Notes: a model not told the origin generated them from the letters alone. Positions 9,825 through 20,278 are shown, counted from the first letter of the stretch. The stretch: DNA of 64,000 bases from an uncultured Pseudomonadales bacterium (GCA_964620965.1 CAZUHV010000003.1:226093-290092), one strand, 5' to 3'. Numbers and translations are program-made.

Positions 9825-11117
9825 ATGAAAAACCTATTTAAAAAAGAAAATCAAACATTCAAACTCGATATGAGCCACATCAATAAAGTTGCAATGGTTT
9901 TACTGTTCCTCTTTATCGGTGCATTTGCAGAATATAAATTTCAATTTTTAAATAGATACTCCAGAATTAGTTCGACTGCAATTCAAAGTGGAGAAGGTAC
10001 AGAGTTATCAAAGCTCATTAAAAGTTCTAATCCAGATGATAAAAAAGATGTAGATTTTTCAATTTTTTGGGAAGTTTGGAATCTTCTTGAAAGAGATTAT
10101 GTGTATCCAGAGAAACTTGATGCAACAAAAATGGTTGATGGAGCAATTAGTGGTTTAGCATCATCTGTTGAAGATCCATACACAATGTATTTGCCAAAAG
10201 AAGCAAACGAAAGAAGTGCTCAAGATTTAGCTGGTGCTTTCTATGGGGTTGGTATAGAACTTGGATATAATAAAGAGGGTATTTTAACAGCAGTGTCTCC
10301 TTTAGAAGGTACGCCAGCATTCGAAGCTGGTGTTCAGGCGGGCGACATGATTATCAATGTCAAAGATGAAGCAAAAGGTATTGACGAAGATAGTTCTCAG
10401 TGGCCATTAAACAAGGCTGTTGACGCAATTAGGGGGCCAAAAGGTACTCCAGTCATTCTTACCTTATACAGAGAAGGTGTTCAAGCACCATTTGATGTTT
10501 CTATTAATCGTGGTGAGATTGTTGTTAAGTCTGTTACTTTAGAGTTTGTTGAGTATGCTGGTAAAAGAGTTGCACATTTGAAAGTCTCGCGCTTTGGAGA
10601 AAGAACAGACGCAGAATGGAACGATGCTGTAACAGAAATTATTTCTCAAAAAAATTCAATTAATGGAATCATTCTTGATATGAGAAACAATCCAGGTGGC
10701 TTCTTTGATGGAGCAATCAACATTGCAAGTGACTTCGTAGATCAAGGAACAGTTGTGTCTCAAAAAGATAGACTTTTCAAACAAGATTTTGCAGCACGAG
10801 GAAAAGCACGTTTAGCGGGAATTCCTGTTGAAGTGCTGGTGAACAAAGGTTCAGCCTCTGCATCAGAAATTGTTGCGGGTGCACTGCGTGACAGAATTGG
10901 TGCAAAACTAGTTGGTACTAAAACCTTTGGAAAAGGTACTGTTCAAGACAGACGAGAACTTTCTAATGGAGCAGGTATTCATATAACTGTCGCACGTTGG
11001 ATGCTTCCTGGTGGAGATTGGATTCACGAAGAAGGTATTCCAGTTGATGTTGAAATAGAGTCTAATCCAGAGACAGAAGAAGACGTTCAGCTGCATAAAG
11101 CAATTGAGGTTCTTTAG
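9825..11117 (+). CDS. ctpA: Carboxyl-terminal processing protease (S41 peptidase with PDZ domain)
   Basis: N-terminal membrane anchor, PDZ region (GVGIELGYNKEGILTAVSPLEGTPAFEAGVQAGDMII) and S41 catalytic motifs (ILDMRNNPGG...NKGSASASEI). Confidence 0.85.
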   Translation: MKNLFKKENQTFKLDMSHINKVAMVLLFLFIGAFAEYKFQFLNRYSRISSTAIQSGEGTELSKLIKSSNPDDKKDVDFSIFWEVWNLLERDYVYPEKLDATKMVDGAISGLASSVEDPYTMYLPKEANERSAQDLAGAFYGVGIELGYNKEGILTAVSPLEGTPAFEAGVQAGDMIINVKDEAKGIDEDSSQWPLNKAVDAIRGPKGTPVILTLYREGVQAPFDVSINRGEIVVKSVTLEFVEYAGKRVAHLKVSRFGERTDAEWNDAVTEIISQKNSINGIILDMRNNPGGFFDGAINIASDFVDQGTVVSQKDRLFKQDFAARGKARLAGIPVEVLVNKGSASASEIVAGALRDRIGAKLVGTKTFGKGTVQDRRELSNGAGIHITVARWMLPGGDWIHEEGIPVDVEIESNPETEEDVQLHKAIEVL

Positions 11118-11216
11118 TTAGAAATCTCGGCTGTGCTACTTCGTAAGGGTTTTCGAATTAGGTTTGTGGAGTGTTTAACAAAAGATTTTACAAGCAATTC
11201 TGTTTGATTGTTTATT

Positions 11217-12212
11217 TTATTCTTCAGAATCGTCAGAATTTGTTACTGGAGCACTATCAGGGTCAGAATAGAGCGTATCAAGTGCTGGATGAAGCTCAAG
11301 CATCATTTTTTCCATGTATCCATCCATAATATTTGGAAGATCATACCAAGATTGCTTTGATCTGTGATCTGTAATTCTGTTTTGTGGGTAGTTGTATGTT
11401 CTGATTTTTTCTGCGCGTTGTGCACGGCCAATTGCGCTTCTAGCTTTACCAAGTTCTTTTTCTTTCTTTTCTTCTTCAATTTCCCAAAGTTGTGCACGGA
11501 GTAATTCCATCGCAATTTTACGATTTTGTTCTTGCTTTTTTTCTTGTCTAGAAACAATGGTTATTCCTGTTGGTTTATGAATTAAGCGAGCAGCACTGCT
11601 TGTTTTGTTCACAGATTGTCCACCAGCCCCGCTAGCGCGCATGAATTGCCACTCTAAGTCTTCTTCTTTAATCTCAATTTCTTTTGAGTGAATTTCTGGA
11701 AGAACTGCAACAGATGCTGTTGAGGTATGAATTCTTCCTTGAGCTTCTGTTTCTGGGACACGTTGCACTCTGTGAACACCAGATTCATATTTTAAAAGTT
11801 CATACGCAGAAATATAACTCTTACCGTCTTTGTGGATTTCTGGAAGAGTAGTGGTTTTTCCACTAATTTTAACTACCATGTCATCGATAGCAGTTATTTT
11901 GAGTTTATGCATTTCTGCAAAGCGAACATACATTCTTAAAAGGTCATTTCCCCAGATTTTTGCTTCGTCCCCACCAGCACCTGAGCGAATTTCTATAGTA
12001 CAGTTAACTCTTTCTTCGTTTGCGTCTGATGAATCTCCTTCAAGGCCTTGTTCGTATTGCAAAGCAGCTTCTAGTAAAGCGTTTTTTTGTTGGTTAAGTG
12101 ATTCAAGCTCAAGTTGTGCAAGCTCGGCGAAATCAGGATCGGAAATTAAAGCCTCAGTTTCTGCGATCTTGGCTTCTAGTTCATCGATTTGAGTTTGGTA
12201 TGGATTAAACAT
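11217..12212 (-). CDS. prfA: Peptide chain release factor 1
   Basis: GGQ motif (SGAGGQSVNKT) and RF1-type P-E-T tripeptide context (RVQRVPETEAQGRIHTS). Uninterrupted full-length frame, no prfB-type frameshift site. Confidence 0.8.
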   Translation of the reverse strand: MFNPYQTQIDELEAKIAETEALISDPDFAELAQLELESLNQQKNALLEAALQYEQGLEGDSSDANEERVNCTIEIRSGAGGDEAKIWGNDLLRMYVRFAEMHKLKITAIDDMVVKISGKTTTLPEIHKDGKSYISAYELLKYESGVHRVQRVPETEAQGRIHTSTASVAVLPEIHSKEIEIKEEDLEWQFMRASGAGGQSVNKTSSAARLIHKPTGITIVSRQEKKQEQNRKIAMELLRAQLWEIEEEKKEKELGKARSAIGRAQRAEKIRTYNYPQNRITDHRSKQSWYDLPNIMDGYMEKMMLELHPALDTLYSDPDSAPVTNSDDSEE

Positions 12213-12288
12213 GATTTCTTCTTACTTATAGAGTACCACAATAGCCCTTGAATTTCTCAAGGGTAGGTGAGTTCTTGCTATTGGGATG

Positions 12289-12636
12289 TTATGCAGCTTG
12301 TTCTGCTTTTGTAGCTTTTTCAGCTTTTTTTACCGCAGTTTGCTGTTCACGTAAGATGTCTTGATAAGATTTAGAATCTTCATCTGAGGCATCTGACTTA
12401 GCTTTTTTGCTTTTTTTGTTAGCTTGAATAGCTTGCGCAGCTTGCATTTTTTTCAAGAATTTATCAACACGACCTTGTCTGTCAACAAATTTCATTTCTC
12501 CAGTAAAGAATGGGTGACATTTGTTACAGATATCAACTGTTAAGGTGTCGTTAACTGAACCAACAGTAAATACGTTGCCACAGCTACAGGTGACTTGTGC
12601 TTTATTGTTATAATTTGGGTGTATTCCGTTTTTCAT
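12289..12636 (-). CDS. rpmE: 50S ribosomal protein L31 with a Lys/Ala-rich C-terminal extension
   Basis: MKNGIHPNY...[11 protein letters not shown]...[10 protein letters not shown] matches the L31 zinc-ribbon core. About 45 aa of low-complexity tail follows. Confidence 0.8.
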   Translation of the reverse strand: MKNGIHPNYNNKAQVTCSCGNVFTVGSVNDTLTVDICNKCHPFFTGEMKFVDRQGRVDKFLKKMQAAQAIQANKKSKKAKSDASDEDSKSYQDILREQQTAVKKAEKATKAEQAA

Positions 12637-12879
12637 AATTTTTGTCCTGTTATTTTCGTAATGATCGCACTTTACAAATCAATGCGTACAAGAGTGCTAT
12701 TGTATCACAATTTATGATGTAGTGTAGAGGTAATTTAGTTTTTACTTACTGATTTTAAGCTAATTATTTTGACGAATATTTAAAGAATACGTAAAAAACT
12801 TGCTTTTTGGGTATAGTTAGTGCGATACTAATAAAAATACACAACAGAAAGGATTCCTCTTTATGATGTAAAACAATAA

Positions 12880-13080
12880 TTGAGCGTGTGGCCCTACTAT
12901 TTTGTTTGCACTTATTGTAAATAAGATTGAGGGAGACGAGGAAGAAGGATGTTTGCCTAAAAAACAAACGGTCGAACCAAAATTATTCCTGCATAATTGC
13001 CGAATTATTTCCGCATAATCTGGAAATAAGTTCAAAAGAAGTAACACAATCATGCAAAGAATAGTTTTGAGTATCTACGG
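12880..13080 (+). ncRNA. Possible glmS-ribozyme-like leader element in the long 5' UTR of glmS (speculative)
   Basis: A 650-nt non-coding gap precedes glmS. It contains GACGAGGAAGAAGGATG, which resembles the glmS ribozyme core GACGAGGAUGGAGG. Other ribozyme segments are not convincingly recognisable by eye. Confidence 0.2.
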
Positions 13081-13284
13081 AGACCTTCTGGGCACCTGAT
13101 TGTCCAATTAACAGATGTATGAAACCTAAACAGTAATGTTTAGCTTGTAAAGCAAGAAAAGTACAGACTGAGTTCAGTTTTCAAATGAAGTATATATGTG
13201 TGCTGATCCATTTTTTGATGGTTTGTTTTTGCAGGGCAAGCAAGCTGTTAGAAAATGGAACGAAGCAAAAAAGAAAGAAAAAAT

Positions 13285-15084
13285 ATGTGTGGAATATATA
13301 TGACTTCCCAAAGTGGAAGTGAAAAAGCTGGAACTAAAGTTTTTGAAGGTTTAAAAAGAATTGAATATAGAGGATATGACTCATGGGGTGTGGTAGTTTT
13401 AAATGCTTCTGGATTTCATTTAGAAAAAAGAGTTGGAAAATTAAGTTCAGTTGCAACTATGAAGTTTAAGGCGGGAGGTTTTGCTTTAGGGCACACCAGA
13501 TGGGCAACTCACGGTGGAGTAACTGAGGTGAATGCTCACCCTCATTTAGCAAAAAATGGCTCATTTGCTTTAGCTCAAAATGGAGTAGTAGAAAATTACC
13601 AAGAGTTAGCAGAAAAGTTGCTTGATGCAGGGTATATATTTGATTCTCAAACAGATACAGAAGTAATTGTAGGAATTATTGAAACAGAGCTTGCTCGCAA
13701 GAAAAAAGATGAGCCAGATCTAGAAACTGTTAAAGACTCTTTTTTGAAACTTGATGGACGAAACACAATTGCTCTAATTACAAAGTCGGGAAATCTTTTT
13801 GCAGTAAGGAATGGCTCTCCACTTGTGGTTGGAAAAGATTCAAAGACTGGAGCGATTTATTTTTCTTCTGATGTGGTATCCATGAGTGGTGATGCTGATG
13901 AATACATGATTATTCAGTCAGGGCAAATAGTTTCGTATGTTGATACGAAACTTACGGTTTTTGATTTAAAAACTCTAAAGAAAATTCCACTTAAATTTAC
14001 AGAAATGAGTTTAGCAAGACTGGTGATTGATAAAGAAGGCTATGACTCGTTTATGCTTAAGGAAATTCATGAGCAGAGTAGGGTTTTAAACAGAGTTATT
14101 GCAGGTAAAGAAAAGGAATTTAAAAAAGCAGTGAGCCTTGTTAAAAAAGCTCAGCATGTTTTTACACTAGGGGCCGGAACTGCAAGTTTTGCTGCTGGTC
14201 ATACTGCATATTTACTCAGGAAGATTGGGATTTCTGCTTCTGCAATTGCTTCGTATGAAGCTGATTCGTATAAAAAACTATTTTCCAAAGAATGTGTTTG
14301 TATCGTCTATAGCCAGAGTGGTGAAACTGCAGATACAAATGAAGTTGTAGAGTGGATGAAACAGCAGAGAGTAAAAATTATCAGTGCTGTAAACATGCCG
14401 GGAAGTACACTAACACAACTTTCTGATGCCCCATTTATGCTTGATGTTGGACCAGAACTTGCAGTGGCTTCAACAAAAGCATTTTTTGGACAGATGCTCT
14501 GGGGGATGACTTTATGTGAGTTATTATCTAGGGGAAAATTTAAAGATATAGAGGAACATATATCTTTATTCGAACAAGAAATAAATAAGTGGTTTGCAGA
14601 CATAGAAGTACAAGAAAAAATCCGAAAGCTAGCAAAAAGCTTAGCTCATAAACAGCATTTATTTGTACTAGGAAGGGGAGATTTATATAGTTCTAGTTTG
14701 GAAAGTGCACTCAAACTAAAGGAAATTTCTTACATTCACGCGGAAGGTTTTTCTGGTGGTGAGTTAAAACATGGGGTGATTGCTCTGATAGAACCTGGAA
14801 CACCAGTGCTATGTTTAGTTGCTGAAGACGAAAACAAGGCAAATATGTTAAGCGCTATAGCAGAAGTTAACGCAAGAGGTGGGTATACCATTGTAGTTGC
14901 AAGCAATGACAATGAACTCTACAAAGAGTGGATTGAAGTCCCAGAGATTAGTTTGGGAACAGTGAATCTACTAACTTTAATGTCTATTATTCCTTCACAA
15001 TTGCTTACTTGTTATATGGCTATGGAAAAAAAGTATGATGTGGATAAACCAAGAAACTTAGCAAAGAGCGTTACTGTTAAATAA
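13285..15084 (+). CDS. glmS: Glutamine--fructose-6-phosphate aminotransferase
   Basis: N-terminal MCGI (Ntn glutaminase Cys after Met removal), class II amidotransferase domain and two SIS domains. The C-terminal region is consistent with GlmS. The upstream in-frame ATG at 13255 is unlikely to be used. Confidence 0.9.
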   Translation: MCGIYMTSQSGSEKAGTKVFEGLKRIEYRGYDSWGVVVLNASGFHLEKRVGKLSSVATMKFKAGGFALGHTRWATHGGVTEVNAHPHLAKNGSFALAQNGVVENYQELAEKLLDAGYIFDSQTDTEVIVGIIETELARKKKDEPDLETVKDSFLKLDGRNTIALITKSGNLFAVRNGSPLVVGKDSKTGAIYFSSDVVSMSGDADEYMIIQSGQIVSYVDTKLTVFDLKTLKKIPLKFTEMSLARLVIDKEGYDSFMLKEIHEQSRVLNRVIAGKEKEFKKAVSLVKKAQHVFTLGAGTASFAAGHTAYLLRKIGISASAIASYEADSYKKLFSKECVCIVYSQSGETADTNEVVEWMKQQRVKIISAVNMPGSTLTQLSDAPFMLDVGPELAVASTKAFFGQMLWGMTLCELLSRGKFKDIEEHISLFEQEINKWFADIEVQEKIRKLAKSLAHKQHLFVLGRGDLYSSSLESALKLKEISYIHAEGFSGGELKHGVIALIEPGTPVLCLVAEDENKANMLSAIAEVNARGGYTIVVASNDNELYKEWIEVPEISLGTVNLLTLMSIIPSQLLTCYMAMEKKYDVDKPRNLAKSVTVK

Positions 15085-15086
15085 AG

Positions 15087-16055
15087 TCATTTTCTTTTTT
15101 TTGAAACTCTTTTTTCAGCTATATACACACCTAAAAATATGAGGATCATGGAAATTATTTGTAGTGGATGAACAGTCTCTTTCAAGAAGAATATTCCTGC
15201 AGGAACAAAAACGAGTGGCTGTAAGTACCAAAAGAGACTTGCTTCTGATGCTTCAATGCCTTCTTGACCTTTAATGTAGGCAGTTAACCCAATAATTGAA
15301 CCAAAAATTGCCATATAAATTGCTGCAATTACTACTGATTGGTGAGAAAGATCATTCTGAACTGTTTGCAAAAATTGTTGAGGAAGTTGGGTGAGATTCA
15401 TATCAATTTTGGTAGTAAATAACTCATAGAGGCTGAGGCTAAGAAAGGTCAATATACCAAGATAAAAACTTAAACTGGTTATAAATAATTTTGGGATATT
15501 TTTGTAGTATTTTTTTGCGAGAACCATTGCAACTGCAGTAGCAATATTTTGCATGATGATGAGAATATTGCCTTCTAGTGAGAGCCCTTTTGGAGTCATC
15601 CCATTTAGAATTACTGGTATAAACGTGAGAAGTGTTGTACCTAAAAATGCAATGAGTAAACCAATAACTTCATGTTTTTCTTCTTTTTCTTTAAGATAGA
15701 AAATACCAGCTAATACAACAAAAATTGGGGTAGTCGTAGTCAGAAAGCTTGCTTCTATAGCTGATGTTTTTGCAAGGCCTACATAGAGCAAACTTAATGC
15801 AATCACAGTTCCAAAAAATTCTACAAAAGCAACTCTTCTGATAACTTTTAGTTTGTTTTTAATTTTTTTCCAGTAGTAAATAAGGATTGGTAACGAGCAA
15901 ATTGCAGCGATAATATAGCGATAGAGTAGATATCTAAATGGAGTTGTAATTTCTAAGCTTGGTTTAACGATTATGAGCGCCAATCCCCAAGTTATTGTAT
16001 TGATAAGTAAAAAAAAGTAGGATTGATATCTAATCTTTAGGGCAGTTTTTATCAC
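15087..16055 (-). CDS. EamA/DMT-family transporter
   Basis: 322 aa with about 10 TM helices in two EamA-like halves. Only a GTG start is available at the top of the ORF. Confidence 0.65.
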   Translation of the reverse strand: MIKTALKIRYQSYFFLLINTITWGLALIIVKPSLEITTPFRYLLYRYIIAAICSLPILIYYWKKIKNKLKVIRRVAFVEFFGTVIALSLLYVGLAKTSAIEASFLTTTTPIFVVLAGIFYLKEKEEKHEVIGLLIAFLGTTLLTFIPVILNGMTPKGLSLEGNILIIMQNIATAVAMVLAKKYYKNIPKLFITSLSFYLGILTFLSLSLYELFTTKIDMNLTQLPQQFLQTVQNDLSHQSVVIAAIYMAIFGSIIGLTAYIKGQEGIEASEASLFWYLQPLVFVPAGIFFLKETVHPLQIISMILIFLGVYIAEKRVSKKRK

Positions 16056-16128
16056 ACTATTTAGAGTATCACAAAAGCATTTAGTCTAGAATTATTAGTT
16101 ATTTATTTTTCAATGTATAATTGCAAAC

Positions 16129-16968
16129 ATGACAATTTCGCTTATAAAAAAAGCATGTGAGAGTTTGGGAATTTCATTCGAAGTTCTAGATACTGGTGGA
16201 GTTTTTATTAAAGCAAACTTTAAAGATGATAGATTTCACTACTTTATTGCTAATAATTTTGGATTAAATGATGAATGTATAGAAAAAATTTGTTTAGACA
16301 AAACTTATTTGCATGACTCACTTGGCAAATATATTCAAATGCCTAACTCTGTTTCTTATGTAGATTCTGACCCACCAGAGTTATACGTGACGCACTCCAG
16401 TTTTCAATCTCACCAAGAAATTGCTCAGGATATTTCAAAAAAAATGAGTTTTCCTGTTATCTTGAAACCAAATAGTAAGTCAATGGGTATGAATGTTTTC
16501 TTGTGTGAGAATGCAGAACAGTTGCAAAAAGCGGTCGAAACTATTTTTAACAAAAATTCATTTAAATACGATCACGTTTTATTAGCACAAGAAAAAATCA
16601 ATATAAAGAAAGAGTACAGAGTTGTGGTTTATAAAGGTGAAATCCAGTTTGCATATCAAAAAGATAATACAGAACATGATGCAAAATTTATTGGAAATGT
16701 GAGCCCGTTACATTTCGAAAACGCAAAAGCAGTTCTTATTTCTAATGAACTATTCTTAAAAAAAGTAGAACAGTTTATTCAGCCAATTTTTGAACAAATG
16801 CAGTTAATTTATGGCGGCTTAGATATTGCAGAAGATGCCTCTGGACAATTGTACTTGATTGAAATAAACTCTAAACCTGGTTATAGCTACTTTGTGAGGG
16901 ACAACGGTGAGGACAGAGTAGTTGAACTATTTAAGAAAATTTTAAAGGACTTAGCTGCCCAATCATAG
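16129..16968 (+). CDS. ATP-grasp fold ligase-like protein (RimK/glutathione-synthetase-like), substrate unknown
   Basis: C-terminal ATP-grasp signature (GGLDIAEDASGQLYLIEINSKPGYSYF) and central PVILKP..G motif. An extended -10 (tgtataat) lies upstream. Confidence 0.5.
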   Translation: MTISLIKKACESLGISFEVLDTGGVFIKANFKDDRFHYFIANNFGLNDECIEKICLDKTYLHDSLGKYIQMPNSVSYVDSDPPELYVTHSSFQSHQEIAQDISKKMSFPVILKPNSKSMGMNVFLCENAEQLQKAVETIFNKNSFKYDHVLLAQEKINIKKEYRVVVYKGEIQFAYQKDNTEHDAKFIGNVSPLHFENAKAVLISNELFLKKVEQFIQPIFEQMQLIYGGLDIAEDASGQLYLIEINSKPGYSYFVRDNGEDRVVELFKKILKDLAAQS

Positions 16969-16971
16969 CTA

Positions 16972-17721
16972 ATGAGACGAAAGAAAGCAGAGCTTCCATT
17001 GCGCCACTGGCTCGAAGAAAAAAATATCAGTGGGATTCTTTTTGATTTAGACGATACCCTTATTAAAACAACAGAAATTTTCAAATCAGCGGTACAAAAA
17101 GTTATCGCTTTGTATGCACAGGCTTTACCACATTTAGATTCAACAACTGTTGCAGAAACATTTTCAAGAATCGACATGAAAAACCATTTGATTTATGCAG
17201 TTAATCCAAATCGATGGGAACCAATTCTTTCTGATTTTGAGGCAGAAGTTAAATTACAAAGATCAAAAGTCACTGAGGCCTTGAAAATTCTGGCAAAGAT
17301 TTATACACAACATCCTGAATATGAGGCAGGAGTACAAGAAGTCCTACAAATTTTAAAAAAGTGGGGTTTACTCATGGGTTTGGTAACACATGCGAATGTA
17401 GAGTGGACAGCGTTTAAGTTAGCAAGTTTAGGTCTGGATTCTTTTTTTGACCATGTTGAGATCGTTGATGAAAATCAGATTCATAAAGCAAGTACTGATT
17501 GGCAGGCTGCAGCACAACAAATACAAGTTGCCCCAGCAAACTTATTTGCAATTGGAGACAATGTAAAAGGAGATGTCCAAGCTGCATATGAGGCAGGAAT
17601 TGGTACAGTAGGTTGGGTTGACAAAAAGCATGGTTGGCAACTGTACAGACAAGGAGAACTACCCTCTGGAATTGTGGTTGTAGAAAATATTGGCCAAATA
17701 CTTAAGCTGGGTGAGGCTTAA
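16972..17721 (+). CDS. HAD-superfamily hydrolase
   Basis: Motif I GILFDLDDTLI near the N-terminus and a downstream motif (AIGDNVKGDVQAAYEAGI). Confidence 0.7.
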   Translation: MRRKKAELPLRHWLEEKNISGILFDLDDTLIKTTEIFKSAVQKVIALYAQALPHLDSTTVAETFSRIDMKNHLIYAVNPNRWEPILSDFEAEVKLQRSKVTEALKILAKIYTQHPEYEAGVQEVLQILKKWGLLMGLVTHANVEWTAFKLASLGLDSFFDHVEIVDENQIHKASTDWQAAAQQIQVAPANLFAIGDNVKGDVQAAYEAGIGTVGWVDKKHGWQLYRQGELPSGIVVVENIGQILKLGEA

Positions 17722-18962
17722 GCTTTTTGAATTTCGGTAATTGCTGATTTTAGATCTAACAGTTTTTGTTCTCCAGAAATCATGTTTTTAAGTTGAACTT
17801 TATTTTCTGCAGCTTCTGAATCTCCGACAACGATAACAAATGGGATACCTTTTTGGTTTGCCAGTTTAAACTGTTTCCCAATTTTATCTGGAATAGGGTA
17901 CACCTCTGTTTTGATTTTATTTTCTCTTAATTCTTTTGCAATTTGCAAAGAAGTATTTGTTAGTGTTTCATCAAAAATTGTCACCAAAACTTGGCTTGAA
18001 GTTGTTGCAGATTCTGGAACTAGACCAAGCTCTATGACAGCTTCTACTGTTCTATCAAAGCCAATTGCAAAACCGTTAGCTGCGATATCACGACCACAAA
18101 GTTCTCCAATTAGTTTGTCATATCTACCTCCACCACCAACAGAGCCACCAGAATATTCTGGAATCTTACCTTCAAAAATAATTCCGGTATAGTAATCAAG
18201 TCCACGAGCTAGAGTGGGGGTAAAAACTAAAGCTTCTGGTTCAACACCTAACTCAATTGCTTGTTGTACTGTTTGTGCAAGTGATTTGGACATTTGTGCA
18301 TTCGTAATTTCTTTTAATACTTCTTGGGCATCGGCTTCATAGAGTCCTTTAGCCACGAGTTCTTTAACAACAGCAGCTTCTGTGAGTTTGTCCAACTTAT
18401 CAATACTTTGGATAATAGAAAATTCGTTTACCTCATCTGTAGCAAATGGGGTAATGGTGTTCATCAAAGTAGTTCGGTCATTTATGTACAGCTTAATAGA
18501 AGTCAGCCCAAGTTTTTGGTAGACAGAATAGTAGACAGCTAAAAGTTCAGCATCTACAACCGTACTGGTACTTTCAAATATGTCGCAGTCACACTGAGTA
18601 AACTCTCTAAATCGACCTTTTTGAGGTTTGTCTGCACGAAAGACACTTTGTATTTGATATCTTCTAAAATACTTAGGTAGTTCATTTTGATATTGTGAGA
18701 GTACGCGACTTGTTGGCACTGTTTGGTCATATCTCAACGCAATCTTTCTGCCACCTTGGTCTTCAAATGAGTAAACTAATTTATCTGCTTCATCACCATA
18801 TTTTCCCATAAGTAAGCTTGCATATTCTAGAGTTGGAGTTTGAATTGGTTCGAATCCAAAAAGCTCGAATGTTTCTTTGATCGTTTCTTCAACAAAATTT
18901 CTAACACGCTTATCTTTTGGTAGAAAATCGCGAAATCCTTTTAATGTTTGTACTGTTTGCAT
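17718..18962 (-). CDS. hisS: Histidyl-tRNA synthetase
   Basis: Class II motifs, HisRS signature GGGRYD..L and AIGFDR, plus the C-terminal anticodon-binding domain. Confidence 0.9.
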   Translation of the reverse strand: MQTVQTLKGFRDFLPKDKRVRNFVEETIKETFELFGFEPIQTPTLEYASLLMGKYGDEADKLVYSFEDQGGRKIALRYDQTVPTSRVLSQYQNELPKYFRRYQIQSVFRADKPQKGRFREFTQCDCDIFESTSTVVDAELLAVYYSVYQKLGLTSIKLYINDRTTLMNTITPFATDEVNEFSIIQSIDKLDKLTEAAVVKELVAKGLYEADAQEVLKEITNAQMSKSLAQTVQQAIELGVEPEALVFTPTLARGLDYYTGIIFEGKIPEYSGGSVGGGGRYDKLIGELCGRDIAANGFAIGFDRTVEAVIELGLVPESATTSSQVLVTIFDETLTNTSLQIAKELRENKIKTEVYPIPDKIGKQFKLANQKGIPFVIVVGDSEAAENKVQLKNMISGEQKLLDLKSAITEIQKA

Positions 18963-19065
18963 AATAATTCCTTTTTTTTAATTGTAACATTTATAAGAGG
19001 TGGGGAGTATGTGTTTTGCATCTTTCATACCTACGACTTTTTTTACAAAAAAGATCGGGTCTGAA

Positions 19066-19090
19066 ATAAAAAAACCCCCATTTTTGGGAG
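19066..19090 (-). terminator. Probable intrinsic terminator downstream of the M24 peptidase gene (minus strand)
   Basis: On the minus strand, a short GC stem (ctccca/tggggg) is followed by a T7 run. Confidence 0.35.
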
Positions 19091-19183
19091 TTTGATACGC
19101 TTTTAGCCACTAAAATCAACTCCCTAAATATGAGAGTGATGATGAAGTGCTTGTAAGCTTATTTTTTTTAACATTGTGGTTGA

Positions 19184-20278
19184 TTATAACACAGGATATT
19201 TCGTTAAGACTTCAATCCCATCTTTTGTAATAAGAATAGTATTCTCGTGCCGATAACCTAAGTTTCCCTCAAGGTAAATACCCGGTTCAATAGTAATCAC
19301 CATGTTATTTTCAATTTGAGTTCCATTTTGCCAGCTAATAGAAGGGGTTTCATGAATATCTATTCCAAGTCCATGTCCAGTCGTATGTATAAAGTTGTCC
19401 CCAAAACCTTGATTCGAAATATGAGTTCGAGCTGCATTATCAATGTTTTTTGCTAAGATTTTTTGTGAAGTGTGTTTTTCTGCAGTTTGCTGTGCTAGTT
19501 CGTATGCCTCAAGCACAATTTTTTCGATATTAAGGAATTCTGAGGAAGCGTTGGGTCCAAACCAAAATGTTCTGGTCATATCAGCACAGTATTGTTCGAA
19601 TTTTGCCCCCATGTCAATAAGTATTGGCATATTTTCTTCAAGCACAGTATCATCAGGTTGATGATGTGGTTTTGCACAGTTAGCTCCAAAGGCAACAATT
19701 GTGGGAAATGCAGTTTCAGTAATTTGATGCTTTTTAAATTCAAGAGCAATCAGTTCTTTTATGGCAAGCTCTGTCATGCCTTTTTGTATTTTTTCTTTTA
19801 CTGTGAGAAACACTGAATAAGAAATTTTGCATGCTTTCTTAATACATGCGATTTCTTCGGAATCTTTTATTGCAACCAGTGGAGCGACGAAATTTTCTGT
19901 ACTAGGGACAACTATGAGTTCTGGAATTGAATTAATTGCAGAAAGTTCAGAGACAAATAAAGTAGTATCATCAAAAATAATTTTTTTACTATTTGTTTCT
20001 GACGTAATTTTTTCTATATGTTGTTTTAGTTGTGTAGGAAAAGTACCTGGTTTATAGTCTAGAAAATTGAAGCTAGAAGTAGGGGAAAAGCTTGAATAAA
20101 TAAGCGTTGCAGTTTTTTTTCCACAAACGAAAAAAGCTTCGCGCTCATTTGGAACCAAAAAACGAAAGTCAGTAAAATAGGTTATATGGCTTGGTTTTGA
20201 AATGATATATAAAGTATTTGGCTCAAGTGCTTGTTGTAGTTTTTTAATTCTTTTTTCAAACGTTTTTTCTTGAAACAT
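19184..20278 (-). CDS. Xaa-Pro aminopeptidase / M24 family metallopeptidase
   Basis: C-terminal pita-bread fold motifs (HGLGIDIHE, ITIEPGIY, GYRHENTILIT) with metal-ligand residues. Confidence 0.8.
   Translation of the reverse strand: MFQEKTFEKRIKKLQQALEPNTLYIISKPSHITYFTDFRFLVPNEREAFFVCGKKTATLIYSSFSPTSSFNFLDYKPGTFPTQLKQHIEKITSETNSKKIIFDDTTLFVSELSAINSIPELIVVPSTENFVAPLVAIKDSEEIACIKKACKISYSVFLTVKEKIQKGMTELAIKELIALEFKKHQITETAFPTIVAFGANCAKPHHQPDDTVLEENMPILIDMGAKFEQYCADMTRTFWFGPNASSEFLNIEKIVLEAYELAQQTAEKHTSQKILAKNIDNAARTHISNQGFGDNFIHTTGHGLGIDIHETPSISWQNGTQIENNMVITIEPGIYLEGNLGYRHENTILITKDGIEVLTKYPVL

Noticed and set aside
11217-12212. Possibility that the release factor is prfB with a programmed +1 frameshift, or that the lineage recodes UGA
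   Set aside because: The frame is uninterrupted from ATG to stop. It has the RF1-type PxT context rather than SPF. Many genes in the window end in TGA as ordinary stops, so the standard code applies.
12247-12265. CCCTTGA-atttc-TCAAGGG hairpin between rpmE and prfA as a terminator
   Set aside because: On the transcribed (minus) strand it is not followed by a U-tract. More likely an mRNA stem or processing site within an rpmE-prfA co-transcript. Not annotated as a terminator.
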